The position numbers and the translations under genes are program-made. Of a stretch of 64,000 nt of DNA, positions 44,972 to 58,578 are shown piece after piece. Positions within the stretch are counted from its first letter, which is position 1. Every line of letters begins with the position of its first letter. This DNA comes from Eledone cirrhosa. Its lineage: Eukaryota. The stretch is from the NCBI GenBank assembly GCA_964016885.1, contig OZ024751.1, forward strand, positions 50,344,001 to 50,408,000. Direction: 5' to 3'. The notes beneath the pieces are model-generated. The model did no database searches, was not told the origin of the DNA, and saw nothing but the letters and a program-made list of their open reading frames with translations.

Positions 44972-45062
44972 TCAAGATTGTCTTCTTTAAATTCTGGTTT
45001 AAACTTATTTTCCCCTTGGTTCAGTGTTGGGCTGTTGGCAAAATATATGTCATCGCATTCAT
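44972..45062 (-). CDS. THAP gene coding exon 4
   Basis: Polypyrimidine-TAG acceptor, GTAAGG donor, open in phase 1 (DECDDIYFANSPTLNQGENKFKPEFKEDNL). Confidence 0.6.
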
Positions 45063-45260
45063 CTAGAAAATAAAGAGAACAAGGAGAGAAAGGACGTTAG
45101 ACAACAACAAACATTGTAAACCTTTTGATACTAAACTGTCTAAACTCACTATTTGTTGTACAATATAGAGCTGTTTCTTTTAAATTGTTCATATTTATGT
45201 AACTTTGTGTATAATTTTATGTAAGAACCAGCTTAATAATATTACTAAATTTTTTCAAAT

Positions 45261-45468
45261 TCTTCTTCTTCACCCACTTATTCCTGAGAAGGCTGTGGGG
45301 GCAGAGTCATCAAACACGCCTTCCAGAGGGTCCTGTCAGAAGTAACCGTCTCCAACTGATCCAGCTGGATCCCCAAGCATGACCAGCCAAACTCATGGAT
45401 GTTATCCAACCATCTTGCTCGGGGTCTACCTCTGGGTCTCTTGCTGGTTGGTTTTGCCCGTAAAATTA
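45261..45468 (-). mobile_element. RTE LINE 3' fragment with (GAA)n tail
   Basis: ILRAKPTSKRPRGRPRARWLDNI...DRTLWK. Confidence 0.75.
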
Positions 45469-45725
45469 TTGATTATCTCAAAAATCATTTGAAAATCATA
45501 GCCATTGTCTTAGATATTAGAAATATCTTAAAGAAAAATGTAAGTGGATGCCTCTCCTGGTGCCAGTCTTTTTAGTCCCTTCATACAACATGCAGGAATA
45601 ATGGTGTACCATGCAAGAATATGGTGTACCAGTTCTAAACCAGATATGCATAGCATATATGAACTCCAAGGGATACTCTGACACCACAATTAAATATGAA
45701 TTAGCAATACCTTAGGTATATATAA

Positions 45726-45858
45726 CAGTGTCACCTTAGCTGAGCAGTGAAAACACACCTCTGGCCCTCAACAGTCAGTTACTCAGTGTCACCTTAGCTG
45801 AGCAGTGAAAACACACCTCTGGCCCTCAACAGTCAGTTAGTCAATGTCACCTTAGCAG
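45726..45858. repeat. Tandem duplication of a unit of about 58 bp (2.3 copies)
   Basis: CAGTGTCACCTTAGCTGAGCAGTGAAAACACACC repeated. Confidence 0.85.
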
Positions 45859-45952
45859 AGTAACCAGAGTCATGAGATTGTGAAGTAAACTCCTTAACCA
45901 ATCAACCAAAAGACAGAAAAGAAAAAAAAATGTTAAAAGGATGATAGTTTAC

Positions 45953-46148
45953 CAGTGTGATGTTTAGAGAGTCTGCTCGGAGCCCCTTCAAGTGTGTTGG
46001 GAGTGACCCAAGGGTTTTTAGCTGGGTTATCATGATGTAAATGTGATGTGGAGACTGTTTTAGTGGCTAGATAGTCGTGGAATAGCAGTGACTGTGTCAG
46101 GTGCTCTTGTTCCCTACGTTCCAGCATGATGCTAGCTTCATCAATCAA
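45953..46148 (-). CDS. THAP gene coding exon 3
   Basis: TTTCTCTTGCAG acceptor, GTAAAC donor, open in phase 0 (LIDEASIMLERREQ...LLFHDY...KHHT). Confidence 0.75.
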
Positions 46149-46648
46149 CTGCAAGAGAAAAGAAAAACAGTATGAGGTGAACTGAGGTGATATGACAATG
46201 TCTTATAGATGTCTCATAGCTGAACAAATAAGTTAAGAAACTAGAAGGAACTGCTAGCTGAAATGTATCTCAGGCCTTCATATATTCAAATACTAACACA
46301 CTAAAAAGCATAAACACACACAAAGCCATATATATTTATATATATCTATATATATATAGAGAGAGAAAAATAGAGATAGAGGTGTATATGAGAGCATATA
46401 TAAACATATATAATACATTTATATACAATAAACATATGGGTAGCCTCACTGCTGAAGAAAAATATCTTTTCAAAAGGAAATGAATGTAGATAAAACAAAA
46501 AGAAAAAATCATATTTTCTCTATTTTCATCTATGAAAATCTCAGAGTTTCCAGTATATTCTGAGAGTATCAGACAATGCTGTTTCAAGATTTATTAATAA
46601 CTGAGGCCCAGTATAAAAAAGTAGAAGAATAAAGTAATGTATATTTAC

Positions 46649-46922
46649 ATGTGTAATATGATCCCTGAATGCTCCTTCTAGTAACTCAGAATTTGACAAA
46701 CATTTCTGGGCTGGAAACTTCATCACTTTCTCACCATCTCTTGCTGGATCTACAAGCAGTGTGGGAATATAATCCACATCATGACGGTTTTTACTGATTT
46801 TCCCAGACTTAAAGTGCTCCGAGCAGATCCAGGTGCTGTCATTTGGAAGCCAGTTGCTAGGCTGACCAATTTTCTTGATGAACTTGCTTCGCTGGTACTT
46901 CCCTCTTGGAATTCGGTAAAAT
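46649..46922 (-). CDS. THAP gene coding exon 2 (THAP domain core)
   Basis: FYRIP...WICSEHF...YIPTL; TTTTGTACAG acceptor, GTAAAT donor. Confidence 0.88.
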
Positions 46923-46991
46923 CTGTACAAAACGATAATGCAAAGTAATATAAAATAAAGCTTGTTGTTGTTTAGCCCTAGGTAATCAACA

Positions 46992-47187
46992 AGTTGGTGA
47001 CAGGGAGTGTACAGATTGGTGAAAGGGGGGACACAGGTTGGTGACAGGGAGTGTACAGGTTGGTGAAAGGGGAGACACAGGTTGGTGACAGGGAGTGTAC
47101 AGGTTGGTGACAGGGTGGACACAGGTTGGTGACAGGGGGGACAGGTTGGTGACAGGAGTAACATAGGGAGCACAGGTTGGTTACATA
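46992..47187. repeat. Minisatellite of 20-22 bp units (CAGGTTGGTGACAGGGAGTGTA)
   Basis: About nine units seen directly; intronic. Confidence 0.9.
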
Positions 47188-47354
47188 GGATGAGTGGATG
47201 CTTAGGGTGTTGCATGATATATACAGATTGATGATAGGGGCGGTAGTTAACTTAATCCTAGATACACTATGTCTGGGGTAAAAATGAGGTGATGTTCTCA
47301 GGTTCCACCTTTTAACTAAAAGAAAAAGTTTTTATATTATTCTAAGACAGGAGA

Positions 47355-47760
47355 AGGTTTGCATTAGAATGTTGAACAAAATAATTTGCAGCATTTATTT
47401 TGGTTCTTTATGTCTGAGTTTAAATCCCATTGAAGTCAGCTTTGCCTTAAATCGTTATGGATGGGGGGGGGGGGGGGGGGTCAATACAATAAAGTACCAG
47501 TTAAATACTAATTTGATTTAATCGATTTTCTTCTCTCTTCCACAATTACTGGCATTATGTCTATGTTAGAAACCATTGAATTGGCAGTATCGGTGGAGGG
47601 TCGGGCATGCTTTCCAACATAGTTACGTCCCTTTACGATTTGAGTTCAAATCCTGCCGAGGTTAACTTTGCCTTTCATCCTTACGGGGTCGATAAAATAA
47701 AGTACCAGTAATTATACTGGGTAATTGCTGGCCTTGTGCCAAAAAGTAGAAACAATTATT
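47355..47760 (+). mobile_element. Two tandem copies of the abundant SINE family
   Basis: GAGTTCAAATCC B boxes and family core. Confidence 0.75.
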
Positions 47761-48389
47761 TTAAGACAGGAAGTAGCAGAACCAACCATTTGGGTACTGG
47801 ACAAAATATTTTCCTATGTTCTGAAATTTTTCGCCATTGAAATAAAATAAGAGTTAAATACTGAGATTGAATTTAATTCAATATACCACGTCTGCCTCAC
47901 CAAAATTTAAGGAATAACTTATTAAGGCCAGCAGATAAGACAAGTTTGCAAGATATTTTTTTAAAGTAACCACTACAACTATAGCAACATCTACAAAAAT
48001 AGGAACCAATAAATGCTAGAAATAACAGCCATATCTTCAAATCATGCATTTGAAGAGGAATGACATTAGACAATGTGGACTTGGGGGGGGAAAAAAAAAA
48101 AAAAAAAAAAAAAAAGCAGACTGGGTCACAGGCTGAATGTTTTTGTTTTAGGTTTACTCAAACGGGACTGACCATGGGTTAAACAAAACCAGAACTGCTA
48201 AAGCAACAATAATAACCAATAGACTGAGAATGTCTACGTGACTGCGAAGAAAGGTGTCAAGCCCTTAAGTCCCACCCGAAAGTCTTTAAAAAAATAACTA
48301 ATTATAAAATGTAGTCTAAGAAAAACTGATTTAATAAGACAAGATGGCCACGATTGGATTGCATTCCAACAGAGATCTACTCACAATAA

Positions 48390-48605
48390 TAATTCTTTCT
48401 AATTTAGGCACAAGGCCAGCAATTTATGATGAAGGGAGAATCAATTATACCGACTCGTTTCATTATTAATACTTTATTTCATCAACCCCGGTAGGATGAA
48501 AAGCAAGTTGACCCCAGTAGCATTTGAACTCGGAAAGTAAAGAACTAAAACAAATATCGCGAAGTATTTTGTTGGACACTAACGAGTCTGCCAATCCACC
48601 GCCCA
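48390..48605 (-). mobile_element. Abundant SINE family copy
   Basis: Family core on the minus strand. Confidence 0.75.
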
Positions 48606-49115
48606 ATAATAACAACAACAACAACAGCCGACGAGTGAGCCTCTAACGTCTTTAAAAAAAAAATATGAGGCCAAATTAGATAATGAAACCTTAGAAAAAC
48701 TACCTAAATGAAACAGGATGGCCACGTCTGGATTGCATTTGATTATAGCTCTACTTGATTAAAGTATGTAGGGGGAGGGTAAAGAAGCACAACAATAACA
48801 ACAACAACAACACGGTAAACGCTATTTCTACGCTGGAGCGAAACACGTCAACAAAAATATCAACTGCCATGTTTCGGAGGGAAGAGCCGAAATATCAACA
48901 GCAGCAGCAATATCAACATTACATAGAATGCTTTCAATAATATTGTTTTTATTATTATTAGCCACAATATATTAATATCAGCAATTACAACAACAACAAT
49001 AATATGAAAAACAAATAATTGTAATAACAAAAACACACCCAACTTTAACATAATGTAACCACAATAACAGTAAATTTCAGAAATATATACATGCAAATAT
49101 ATGCATATATATATA

Positions 49116-49170
<55 letters not shown>

Positions 49171-49238
49171 TATGTGCATATACATACGCGGGTATGCATG
49201 GACATCGGTGTCATATATATGTGTGTATACATGTGTGA

Positions 49239-49293
<55 letters not shown>

Positions 49294-49297
49294 CACC

Positions 49298-49334
<37 letters not shown>

Positions 49335-49360
49335 GGGTTGTTTAAACAGAATCAACAAAC

Positions 49361-49425
49361 CGTAGTTTTTTGCTGGCTGAATGTCGATTGTTACAACCAA
49401 CAACACAACAAGTTGCGGCTGGCAT
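49361..49425 (-). CDS. THAP gene first coding exon ([22 protein letters not shown])
   Basis: ATG and the CxxxxC of the C2CH THAP finger; CG|GTTTGT donor joins exon 2 in phase 2 to give LRFYRIP. Confidence 0.85.
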
Positions 49426-50299
49426 TCTAAATCAGCTGGGTCGTTCGACGGTTATCCGATAACTTATCATCAGTTAGAGAGGGAAATGTTGGTTGTTTCG
49501 TTTGATGACAGAAGAAAAAAGAAAGAGAAACAAAGCAGATGAAATTCGGGCGATTGCGATTTTCAAGCTTGGTCGGATGTGAGATGAGAAATGCCACGAG
49601 CCTGGTTAAAAAAAACCCACAGCTGATTTTTTATTTGTTTATTTTGGATCTCGTCACGTAACGTGTTTATTATAGTTACCTCCCTTAGACACCATGCTTT
49701 AATTTTTAGAGGTAAGAATAGTATACATTTTACAAACAATAACAAACAAATTATTTTAGTAGATTTATTTGTTGAGTTTTGATGTTCATGCCTTCATCCA
49801 CATCTCAACAGTAGGTGGTTTCGCCAGAGCCTATCACTTGCTCTCCGGCCCCCACTTTGGTAAATTTATAGAAGAACATCTCCCTCGATTTCAGTGGGAA
49901 AAAATGTTTTTCCTCGTTTTTCTTCGTGTGCTATCAACTAATCTAACCACCAAGATTTAAAGAGAAGTGAGAGATGTCTATGGTGTTTCCAATGAATTTG
50001 CGATGCTGTGGCTTTTATAGTTAGACCAACAATGTCTTATTTAGTTGGTATTAATTAGACTATGGTAGAACATCAAATGAAGCGAAGAATGCTGCGTCAT
50101 AGATATGGCGGAAGTAGGCGTAAGAAAGACCAAAGCTTAGAGCAACTAAAATTAATTCTCGGCATTTACGTAAAAAATAATTGCTGCATCCATAGTTAGC
50201 TACACTCGGTTTGCATGAAACAATGACAGCATAGATAACAGGAGAGGGACAAACTCCCCCACCACCACCGGACATTGCCTGAAGGGGAACGACTAAAGT

Positions 50300-50478
50300 G
50301 ACCGTGGCTTTCTCTAAGACTGACCCGCAGAAGTCTACCCCGACAGGGCTATTTTCTTTAGTTTCAATACTTCTAGTTGTCTTGTTTTCTGTTATCGCCC
50401 CTTTTCAACGAAAACATTCCTAATTGTACCGCCCCGTGCTGTCTTCAATGTTTTCTTTTTGTAAACCCTTTTTGTAAA
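50300..50478 (+). mobile_element. Tx1-like 3' UTR fragment related to 15570-15813
   Basis: Shared TTGTACCG...CTGTC..AATG...TGTAAACCCTT and GAAGTCT.CCCC. Confidence 0.5.
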
Positions 50479-50481
50479 TCT

Positions 50482-51250
50482 AGAGTTACGTCCCTTTAGA
50501 ATTCTGAGTTCAAATCCCGTCTTTCATCCTTACGGAGTCGATTAAATAAGGTACTAGTAATACACAGAGATCGATTTAATTGACTTTCTCCTCCCCTTCA
50601 AAGTGATGGCCTTGTTCCTAAGTAGAAACAATTATTATTATTTGGCAGTATCGGTAGAGCGTCAGACACCATGCTTTACAGCACAGAGTTATGGCCCTTT
50701 ACGTGCTGAGTTCAAATCTCACTAGAGTTAGCTTTGCCTTTCATCTTTACCTAGACGATAAAATAACGCAGCAGTAATGGACTGGGGTCGATGTAATCGA
50801 CTTTCCCCTCCCCCAAAATTGCTGGCCTTGTGCCTATAGTAGAAATCATTATTATTATTATCGAGGGTGGTGAGTCGTTAGAGTATCGGACAAATGCTTA
50901 GCAATATTTGTTTCACCTCTTTACATTCTGAGTTTAATTCCTGCCGAGGTCAACTTTGCCTTTCATCCTTACAGCGTGAATAAAATAAAGTACCAGTGAC
51001 GTACTAGAGTCGATTTAATCGACTTTCCCATCTCCCAAAACTGTTGGCCTTGCGCCTAAATCAGAAATCATTAGGGGCAGTGGATTAGTAATACGGGTGG
51101 AGCATAGGACGCAATGCTTCACGGCATGGAGTTAAATCCCTTTACATTCTGATTTCAAATCCCGCCGGGACGCACTGGGGTCGATTTAATCGGCTTTCCC
51201 CTTTCCCAAAAGTATTGGCCCTGTGCCAAATGTAGAAACGATTATTATTA
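50482..51250 (+). mobile_element. Head-to-tail array of four SINE copies
   Basis: Four B-box cores, each ending GGCCyTGyGCC...AGAAA with ATT tails. Confidence 0.8.
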
Positions 51251-51526
51251 TTTTGATCAATTCATTATCTAACGTTACTTTGATATTTGGAAACAATCAA
51301 TAAATAGTGATTCGTTCAATAGAGTTAACCTTTATATAAAATGAAAATTCCGTAGTTTCATGTACGAACAATATGTCAACATGATGTGTGTGTGTGTGCG
51401 TGCGTGCATATGTATTTGTGTGTGTATGACTATTTACATAGGAATGTGTGTTTCAGTAAGTATGTATAAGTATGTACAAATATCGGTATGTATTTATGTA
51501 TAAAAACGTGCGTGTATGGGCGCAGG

Positions 51527-51568
<42 letters not shown>

Positions 51569-51807
51569 TATACAGTTTGTTTACAAACGAACAAAGCGAC
51601 GTTATAATAAGCGCCGCTAAACTGATACGTGCATATATGTATGTGTACCTGTATGCATATGTATATATATAAGTATATATATATATGTGCATGCTACTGT
51701 ACGTCTGTATACATATATGTATGTACGTATACATGCATACTTACATTTAAGTAAGTGCCATACTAAGAGTGAGAAATGAAATTTCGTTTTCATTTTGTTT
51801 CAATTTA

Positions 51808-51863
<56 letters not shown>

Positions 51864-51927
51864 GTATGGATGTTAAATGTTTTATTGAATGCCAAGCATT
51901 AAATAATAGGAGTAGATATAGTGTGTG

Positions 51928-51963
<36 letters not shown>

Positions 51964-52046
51964 ATAATAATAAATTTGAAGACTAAAATCCAAAGAGGGC
52001 TCGATAAGGATAAATATATATCAAATATATAAGAACCGTAGAGCAA

Positions 52047-52169
52047 ATATTTATTAAAATAGCAGATAAAGTTTAAGCAAAGAATCGCTGCTTTCACCCT
52101 TAACAGATCCCATTAAGGGTGAAAGCAGCGATTCTTTGCTTAAACTTTATCTGTTATTTTAATAAATAT
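52047..52169. repeat. Foldback palindrome, 57-bp arms, 9-nt spacer
   Basis: ...TTTCACCCTTAA cagatccca TTAAGGGTGAAA...; one mismatch seen. Confidence 0.85.
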
Positions 52170-53037
52170 ATATATATATATATCATCGTCATCATCATCA
52201 TCATATTATGTCCGTTTTGCCATGCTGGTAATATAGTTTACAGATATCACCAGAAAAAAAATTGAATTATATATATATATATATATAATTTAACTTATAT
52301 ATATATATATATATATATTAATTATAAAAAAAAAACGGAAGGGAAACAACTCTTAAATATAAGATAAAATCAATTAAAAACGAAAAACATATCAAAGAGG
52401 GCGCACCGGGAAGTGTAATGTGATATTTGGTTAATGCCATCACAACTGCAGACATGTTTCTACCTTATTAACCATTCGTTAAGATATTTCTAATGAAAGA
52501 TACTATGGTTTTCAAATACACTCTTGACAGTCTAAAATGGTCAGAACATTTCGATATGCGATAAACATAACATGTATGTACATAAATTGTTGCACATATA
52601 CAAATAGATGTGTGTTTTGGTGGTTTGGGTGGAAGACTATATGCCCCCCCTCCCAGCTCCACCGTCCCTGATACATATATACATATACACACACACATCT
52701 GTGTATCAAGCCGCTTGGTTTAATAACGAAACCAAGCTAGAACAGTATCCATTTGCAAAACAATCTTCATGCCTCAATAATTTCATAATAGTGCAACAGT
52801 TACGTTCAATGTTATTGTTATTTGTTATAGATGAAATACTGCAACGTTTTATTGCTTCTCTATAAAACCGATTGCAGAAAAAAAAAAAGAAACGAATTGT
52901 ATTTGGGAAAAAAATCCTATTGATAAAGGCCAAAGCCGTTCATAAAGAATCTAATTCTCGTGGTCTTTTGTAATCCCTTTATCTATGTAGCTAGCTACTC
53001 TACTGTAACAGTCAGAGAATCATTATATATATATATG

Positions 53038-53362
53038 AAAGGCGGTGGATTGGCAGTATCGGTAGCGGGTCGGATGCCATGCTTTGCAGAATAGAGTTAC
53101 GGCCCTTTACGGTGTGCGTTTAAATCCCGTCTTTCATCCTTAGGGGTCGATAAAATAAAGCACCAGTCAGGCACTGGTATAATTGCTGGCCTTGTGCCAA
53201 AAGTAGAAACAATTATATATATGAAAGACGAGGTTAGCTTTGCTTTTCATCCTTACGGGGTCGATAAATTAAAGCACCAGTAATGCATTGGGGTGTATTT
53301 AATCGCCCCCACCCCCTCAAAAAAAATTGCTGGCCTTGTGCGTATAGTAGAAATCATTATTA
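53038..53362 (+). mobile_element. Two tandem copies of the abundant SINE family
   Basis: Family head and core. Confidence 0.75.
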
Positions 53363-53609
53363 TATACTATATAGTGTATGGCGCCTGGTCCAGTGGTTAG
53401 AGTGTTTGACTCACGATCGTAAGGTTGTGCCTTCAATTCCGCGTAGTGCGTTGTTTCTTTGAACCAGACACTTTATTTCATGTTGTTTAATTCGGCGAAA
53501 CGGTATATTGTAAGTGTGGGTTCGAGTTCCACTGCCGTTGTTGTACAATATTCTCTATTAATGGGTACTGTACCGATTGTGTTGTTATTTCTGTTTACCT
53601 TTTACATAC

Positions 53610-53640
<31 letters not shown>

Positions 53641-53649
53641 CAGAGGTTA

Positions 53650-53994
53650 TATTTAATTTGTTGGGATTCAACAAGCTTAAAAATTTGTATAACTGATATA
53701 AAGCACTCAACAAGTTAGTGGAGTAAATACACAATATATTAATAAATGGAAACTATATTTATAAAACCATAATTATTTAGTCAGGAAGCTCCAACCGTAA
53801 CGGTTGGAGCTTCCTGACTATCCAGGAAGCTCCAACCGTTACGGTTGTCTTTTTACCGGGTATGTCAATATTTATTTGTAAAACAAATCTGTATTTTATC
53901 TGATGAAAGCGCACCATAATTTGCCTTGGTTGCCCTTGAAATATATATAATAAAATAATTATGGTTTTATAAATATTTCCATTTATTAATATAT

Positions 53995-53998
<4 letters not shown>
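53650..53998. mobile_element. Family A pLTR-like element with inverted ends and an internal perfect palindrome (53779-53820)
   Basis: ACAATATATTAATAAATGGAAA.../...TTTCCATTTATTAATATATTGT; homologous to 21109-21580. Confidence 0.75.
53892..53957 (+). ncRNA. Intact minimal type I hammerhead ribozyme, predicted cleavage after AUA at 53949
   Basis: TATTTTAT-CTGATGA-AAG..GCACCA..TGGTTGC.CTT-GAAA-T-ATAT-A-TA-ATAAAATA: perfect 8-bp stem I, paired stem II, palindromic loop 3. Confidence 0.8.
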
Positions 53999-54051
<53 letters not shown>

Positions 54052-57000
54052 AAAAGGTAAACATATATATATATATATATAGTATCATACGTGACTGCCT
54101 CCGTTCTTGTAAAACATTTGTCATTAAATCTTAATTTAGAAACTTCATACAGGACGTGACGGCTGGTTTTCAAGGGAGATAACTCTTCCATATAAGTTTG
54201 TTGAAGTGAAGTGCAAAATGTTTAGCTCGGCAGTTTCTGCTTCAACTGTCAAATGTTGCGGACGAAGGCGGCTTGGTGTGGTGCTGGGTGGCAGGAGGGC
54301 CCCTTTCTATCAATTTTTTATAGATTAAAAACCAATAAAAAAAATGCTGTAAGTATCCATCTCGATACGTCACCTATATAGAAACGAGCTTCGATTCAGT
54401 CTTAAAGAATAAACCCAAAAGATAAATGCCGGCCAACACTCGTTGTAGTTACAGGTTGTCAAACGAAACATTTACCTATTTTCTATTAAACCTTCTTTAC
54501 CAAAGAACGTGTTAGTGGCTGCTGAATATTCCACAGACGCGTGTAGTCTCGGCGTAGATAAGCCGAATCAACGTAACACACAGTGTGACAAGGCAGAGAC
54601 ATTCGAATGATAGGTATAATCCACTCAATAGGCTTCCATAGATCCCGTTTATTTAATTTCAGTCACAAAACTTAAATGAAACCGAAGTAAAAGCACTTGC
54701 CTAAGATGCCATACAGAAGTATCAGACCCGGGACCAAAAGGTGAAGTGACCCAAATCTAACCCCAACCCTTGTCCAACCTTACTTTAATCCCGATTCTTT
54801 GCAGCATGTTCGGCGGTAATATCAGTTGGTATCACACGAAAAAAAAAAAAAAAAAATTAGGGAAAAATGGTAAAGAAAACTCCTGGGACAGGAGATGAAA
54901 AGTCCGTGTCCCCCCCTCCCTTTTCCGGGAAGCTATGTTTAATTGATAGCGTACGAAAAACAAAAACAAAAGAACGAGGAAAAGAATTCCCACTGAAATC
55001 TGTGCGGGTGTTTTTCTATAATTATACTAATCTTCTACTTAGTCTAGTTAGTGTTTAGCCCCAGGCTAGACCTCATCGAGCAGTAATATGATCAAAGCGT
55101 TCCAGTCGAGACCATTCGTCTTTTTCTTTGAGGTATTTACATTATTTAATGTATATCCTTGACTTTCTTGACGGTGGTGTGTAATTTAAGGGTAATTTGG
55201 TTGCTATTTCTAGCATGTCAAATGAGCACACAGATTACATCGATTAAAAAAAACGTCATCGTTGTAGTTATTGTCATTTTGTCTTAGTTTAACCATGACC
55301 ACTACCGTCTTTTATTGAAATAATCCATCTACAGTCTACATCATTCAATGTGTTATATTTGTCTTAAACGACAGAGAATTAACTGCTATTTCTAGCAGGC
55401 CAAGTGTCCACAATGAGTTACGAAATAACAGGTGTGCGACAAAATGTAGAATTTGATTTACAAGCAAAGCGAATTTCGAATCATGGATCGTATATTGTTT
55501 CATTGAACTCGCTAATGTCCTTGAGAACGCTACCAATGTCATAACTGCTGACTCAGTCTAAGGGATATTTACCTACTGGGTTTTGTTATATTAACTTAAG
55601 GGCGGTATTACTTCTGGCGATACGGGTCGCCAAAACGACTTTATTAACAACAGCTGTTTCCTGTAAATGTCGAAGGAAAAGTGTTGTTGTAACCTTCAAG
55701 TCATTCCCGGGGAATAATAATCGATGTAAGAAGTGTGTGTAGGAATCAGAATCTGGACTCGACTGGGCGGAGGTTTAACTCTCGTAATAATAATGATTGT
55801 AATAATAATGTTTCTACGTTAGGCACAAGGCCAGCAATTATCCAGTGTATAACTGGTACTTTATTTTATCGACCCCGTCGAGCACTGCCTTCAGTTGTTT
55901 ATGTTTTAAGAAATACATTGACAGTCGTGTTAGTTTTTCGATACATTCGTAATACACGTCGTCCTAGTGTTCGAAAATATATGAAAACGTTCCTAATAAA
56001 TCCTACACAGATACTGGGAATTTTCATAAGTTGGCTGACTTTTTTTTTTTTTGTTACCAAGCAAATCTCGCGAATTATATGACAATACTTCAATTACAGC
56101 TGAAACCTCAATAATGCGTCATGTAATAGGTGAATTATGAATCTGCTTGTCAAAAATATATGAATAATTATAATAAAATTATATTTAACTTCTTGAACAA
56201 TAAGATTTAATTATGAAAGAAGTATATTTAAAATAAACATTTTATTAGTAAAACGGTTTGAAAACAATAAAAAAAAAGATATTTTTACATAATCTAAAAA
56301 TAAAATAAACGAAAAAACAAAAACGAAATTATTTCACCCTTTTACAATCTTAATCCGTTCCTAGTTTTGTAAATATATTTCTACCTGACATTTGCAGCCG
56401 GCATAGGAAAATACCTAGTCTTTCTAAAAGAGCAACTAAACAAGAACACGTAAATTAAAACACGAAAAATAAATGGGGGAAGCAGAAAATAATTGATCAT
56501 TTATAGATTTCTGGTTCGCTCTTTTTAAGGAACGTAAAATAAATTAACTCTGGTATTGTTAACTATAAGAGTGTGTCAGATTAACATGACCAAAGATTCG
56601 ATGGTTACTTTTTCTTTCCGTCTGCCACTTTTTATAGGCAACCCTTCTTCCACCAGTTTTCTTAATTTATTCTTATCTCCACCTATTAAGTCTTCTTTTA
56701 TCGTGCAGACTCTCTTTATATATATATGTATATAAATAATATGTATATATATATCATGTATGTTTCTTCCTCTCGATCTTATCAAATAATCCTTACTATA
56801 ATATATATCTTCACGTTTCCATATCTCCTCACTTCGTTTTCTTTATTAGTCTATATTATTTACTCTCACCTTTATCTCTATCTCTTATATAACGTGCTTA
56901 TATATATATATATATATATATATACCTAACACTCTCACTGCCTCTTTTCTGTTATAATATATTAATTCTATGCAATGCGTCGTCGTCATTTTCTCGTTTC

Positions 57001-57922
57001 GTTTACACCCCCCCCCCCTCTCTCTGTTTAAATACTCTCCAATATCTACTCTTTTCTCATCCTTTTCCTCCCCTTTCTTTCTCTTTCATTCTATCCTTCT
57101 CTTTCGCTCTTGCTAATCTTTTCTCCCTCTCCTCTATTATCGCTTGCTGCCACTTATTGGAATGTGTAAATGTACTCACACCACCATCACCACTACGACC
57201 ACCATCATCATCCGCGGCAGCTAAATGAAACGGGCGCCCGCGCGCACAGCTGCTGCGGTTGTAATAATACTAGAGAAAGACAACAGCAGTTGTGATACAT
57301 CCACAAAATAATCTTGTTAATATAACCAACACTTAGTAAAGCAGTAAAGTGACATATTGGGATTACACATATACACCAAGTCAGATGATTTTAAAATAAT
57401 ACAACCAGTAGTAGTAGTAGTAGTGCTAATACTAAAAATAGTTGTCGTAGTCATAGTAGTAATAGTGGCTGCGATGACAAGATCGTGAGTCTCCCCACAC
57501 ACACTACCTATTCAACAAACGATGACAAGGTGTTTTTTATTTATTTATTTATTATGTGTTATTTATAGCTAAGGACACTGAGTTAAAGAAAATTCAAACA
57601 ATAGTGTATATATATATATATATCATGCCCGTCCTGTTGCACATTTAGATATGTATATTATATATATATAATATAGTATAACATACAAAAATATTCACGA
57701 ACACATTATATATATATATAATATTGAATATGAATCGAAGTTGTAGCCGCCATATATATATAGATAGATATAGATATATGTTATATATACACAACCATAT
57801 TATATAATACATATATAGATTTTCAATCCATAAATATTTATTTTAATAAGGAATGAAAAAATAAACAATACATTAATAAAGCAGTTTCTGCAACAACAAA
57901 AACGCAAATGATATATAAATAG

Positions 57923-57962
<40 letters not shown>

Positions 57963-58475
57963 AAGGGGTCACATCGTCTAAGTTGCGTATGTATGTCTGG
58001 TCCGGTAGGGAGGTTTTTGAAACATGTGATTGTCTCCCCTGTTTCACATTCACTTTAAACTTCCTCCTCCTACTATACTCTTCATTTGACAAAAAGAAAA
58101 GAAGTAAAGATACAAAACAATTAACGTTGCACGAAACGAAACGAAACGAAACAAGGAAAAACACCAGATTTGTTTATTCCTTATTCTTAGAGAGGGTTTA
58201 CCGTAAAACAGCTGCAATTTGGAGACTCAAGAATAAACTCCTGAGGGCCAGGGTGAGTAGATAACGATATATATGTTATTGTGTGTATATGTATGTGTCA
58301 TAATTATAATAATTAGTGTATAATGTGTCATATATAGAAAGATAGATGTGAATATACCCATCGATATCAACATAAGTAGAAGACGGATAAAAGACTGAGA
58401 AAACGAAAGCTCTCGCATGACTATAGATAAATTTACACACAAACATATATATATATATATATACATACATATATG

Positions 58476-58506
<31 letters not shown>

Positions 58507-58543
58507 TTGCGTGTTTAGATATATCTATCTATATACATATATA

Positions 58544-58578
<35 letters not shown>

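Noticed and set aside
46923-47215. N-terminal part of the 224-aa ORF as the start of the THAP protein
   Set aside because: It is intronic minisatellite read-through; the CxxxxC-bearing first exon is at 49361-49425.
53378-53445. Functional tRNA gene
   Set aside because: Degenerate B box and no acceptor stem; it is a SINE head.
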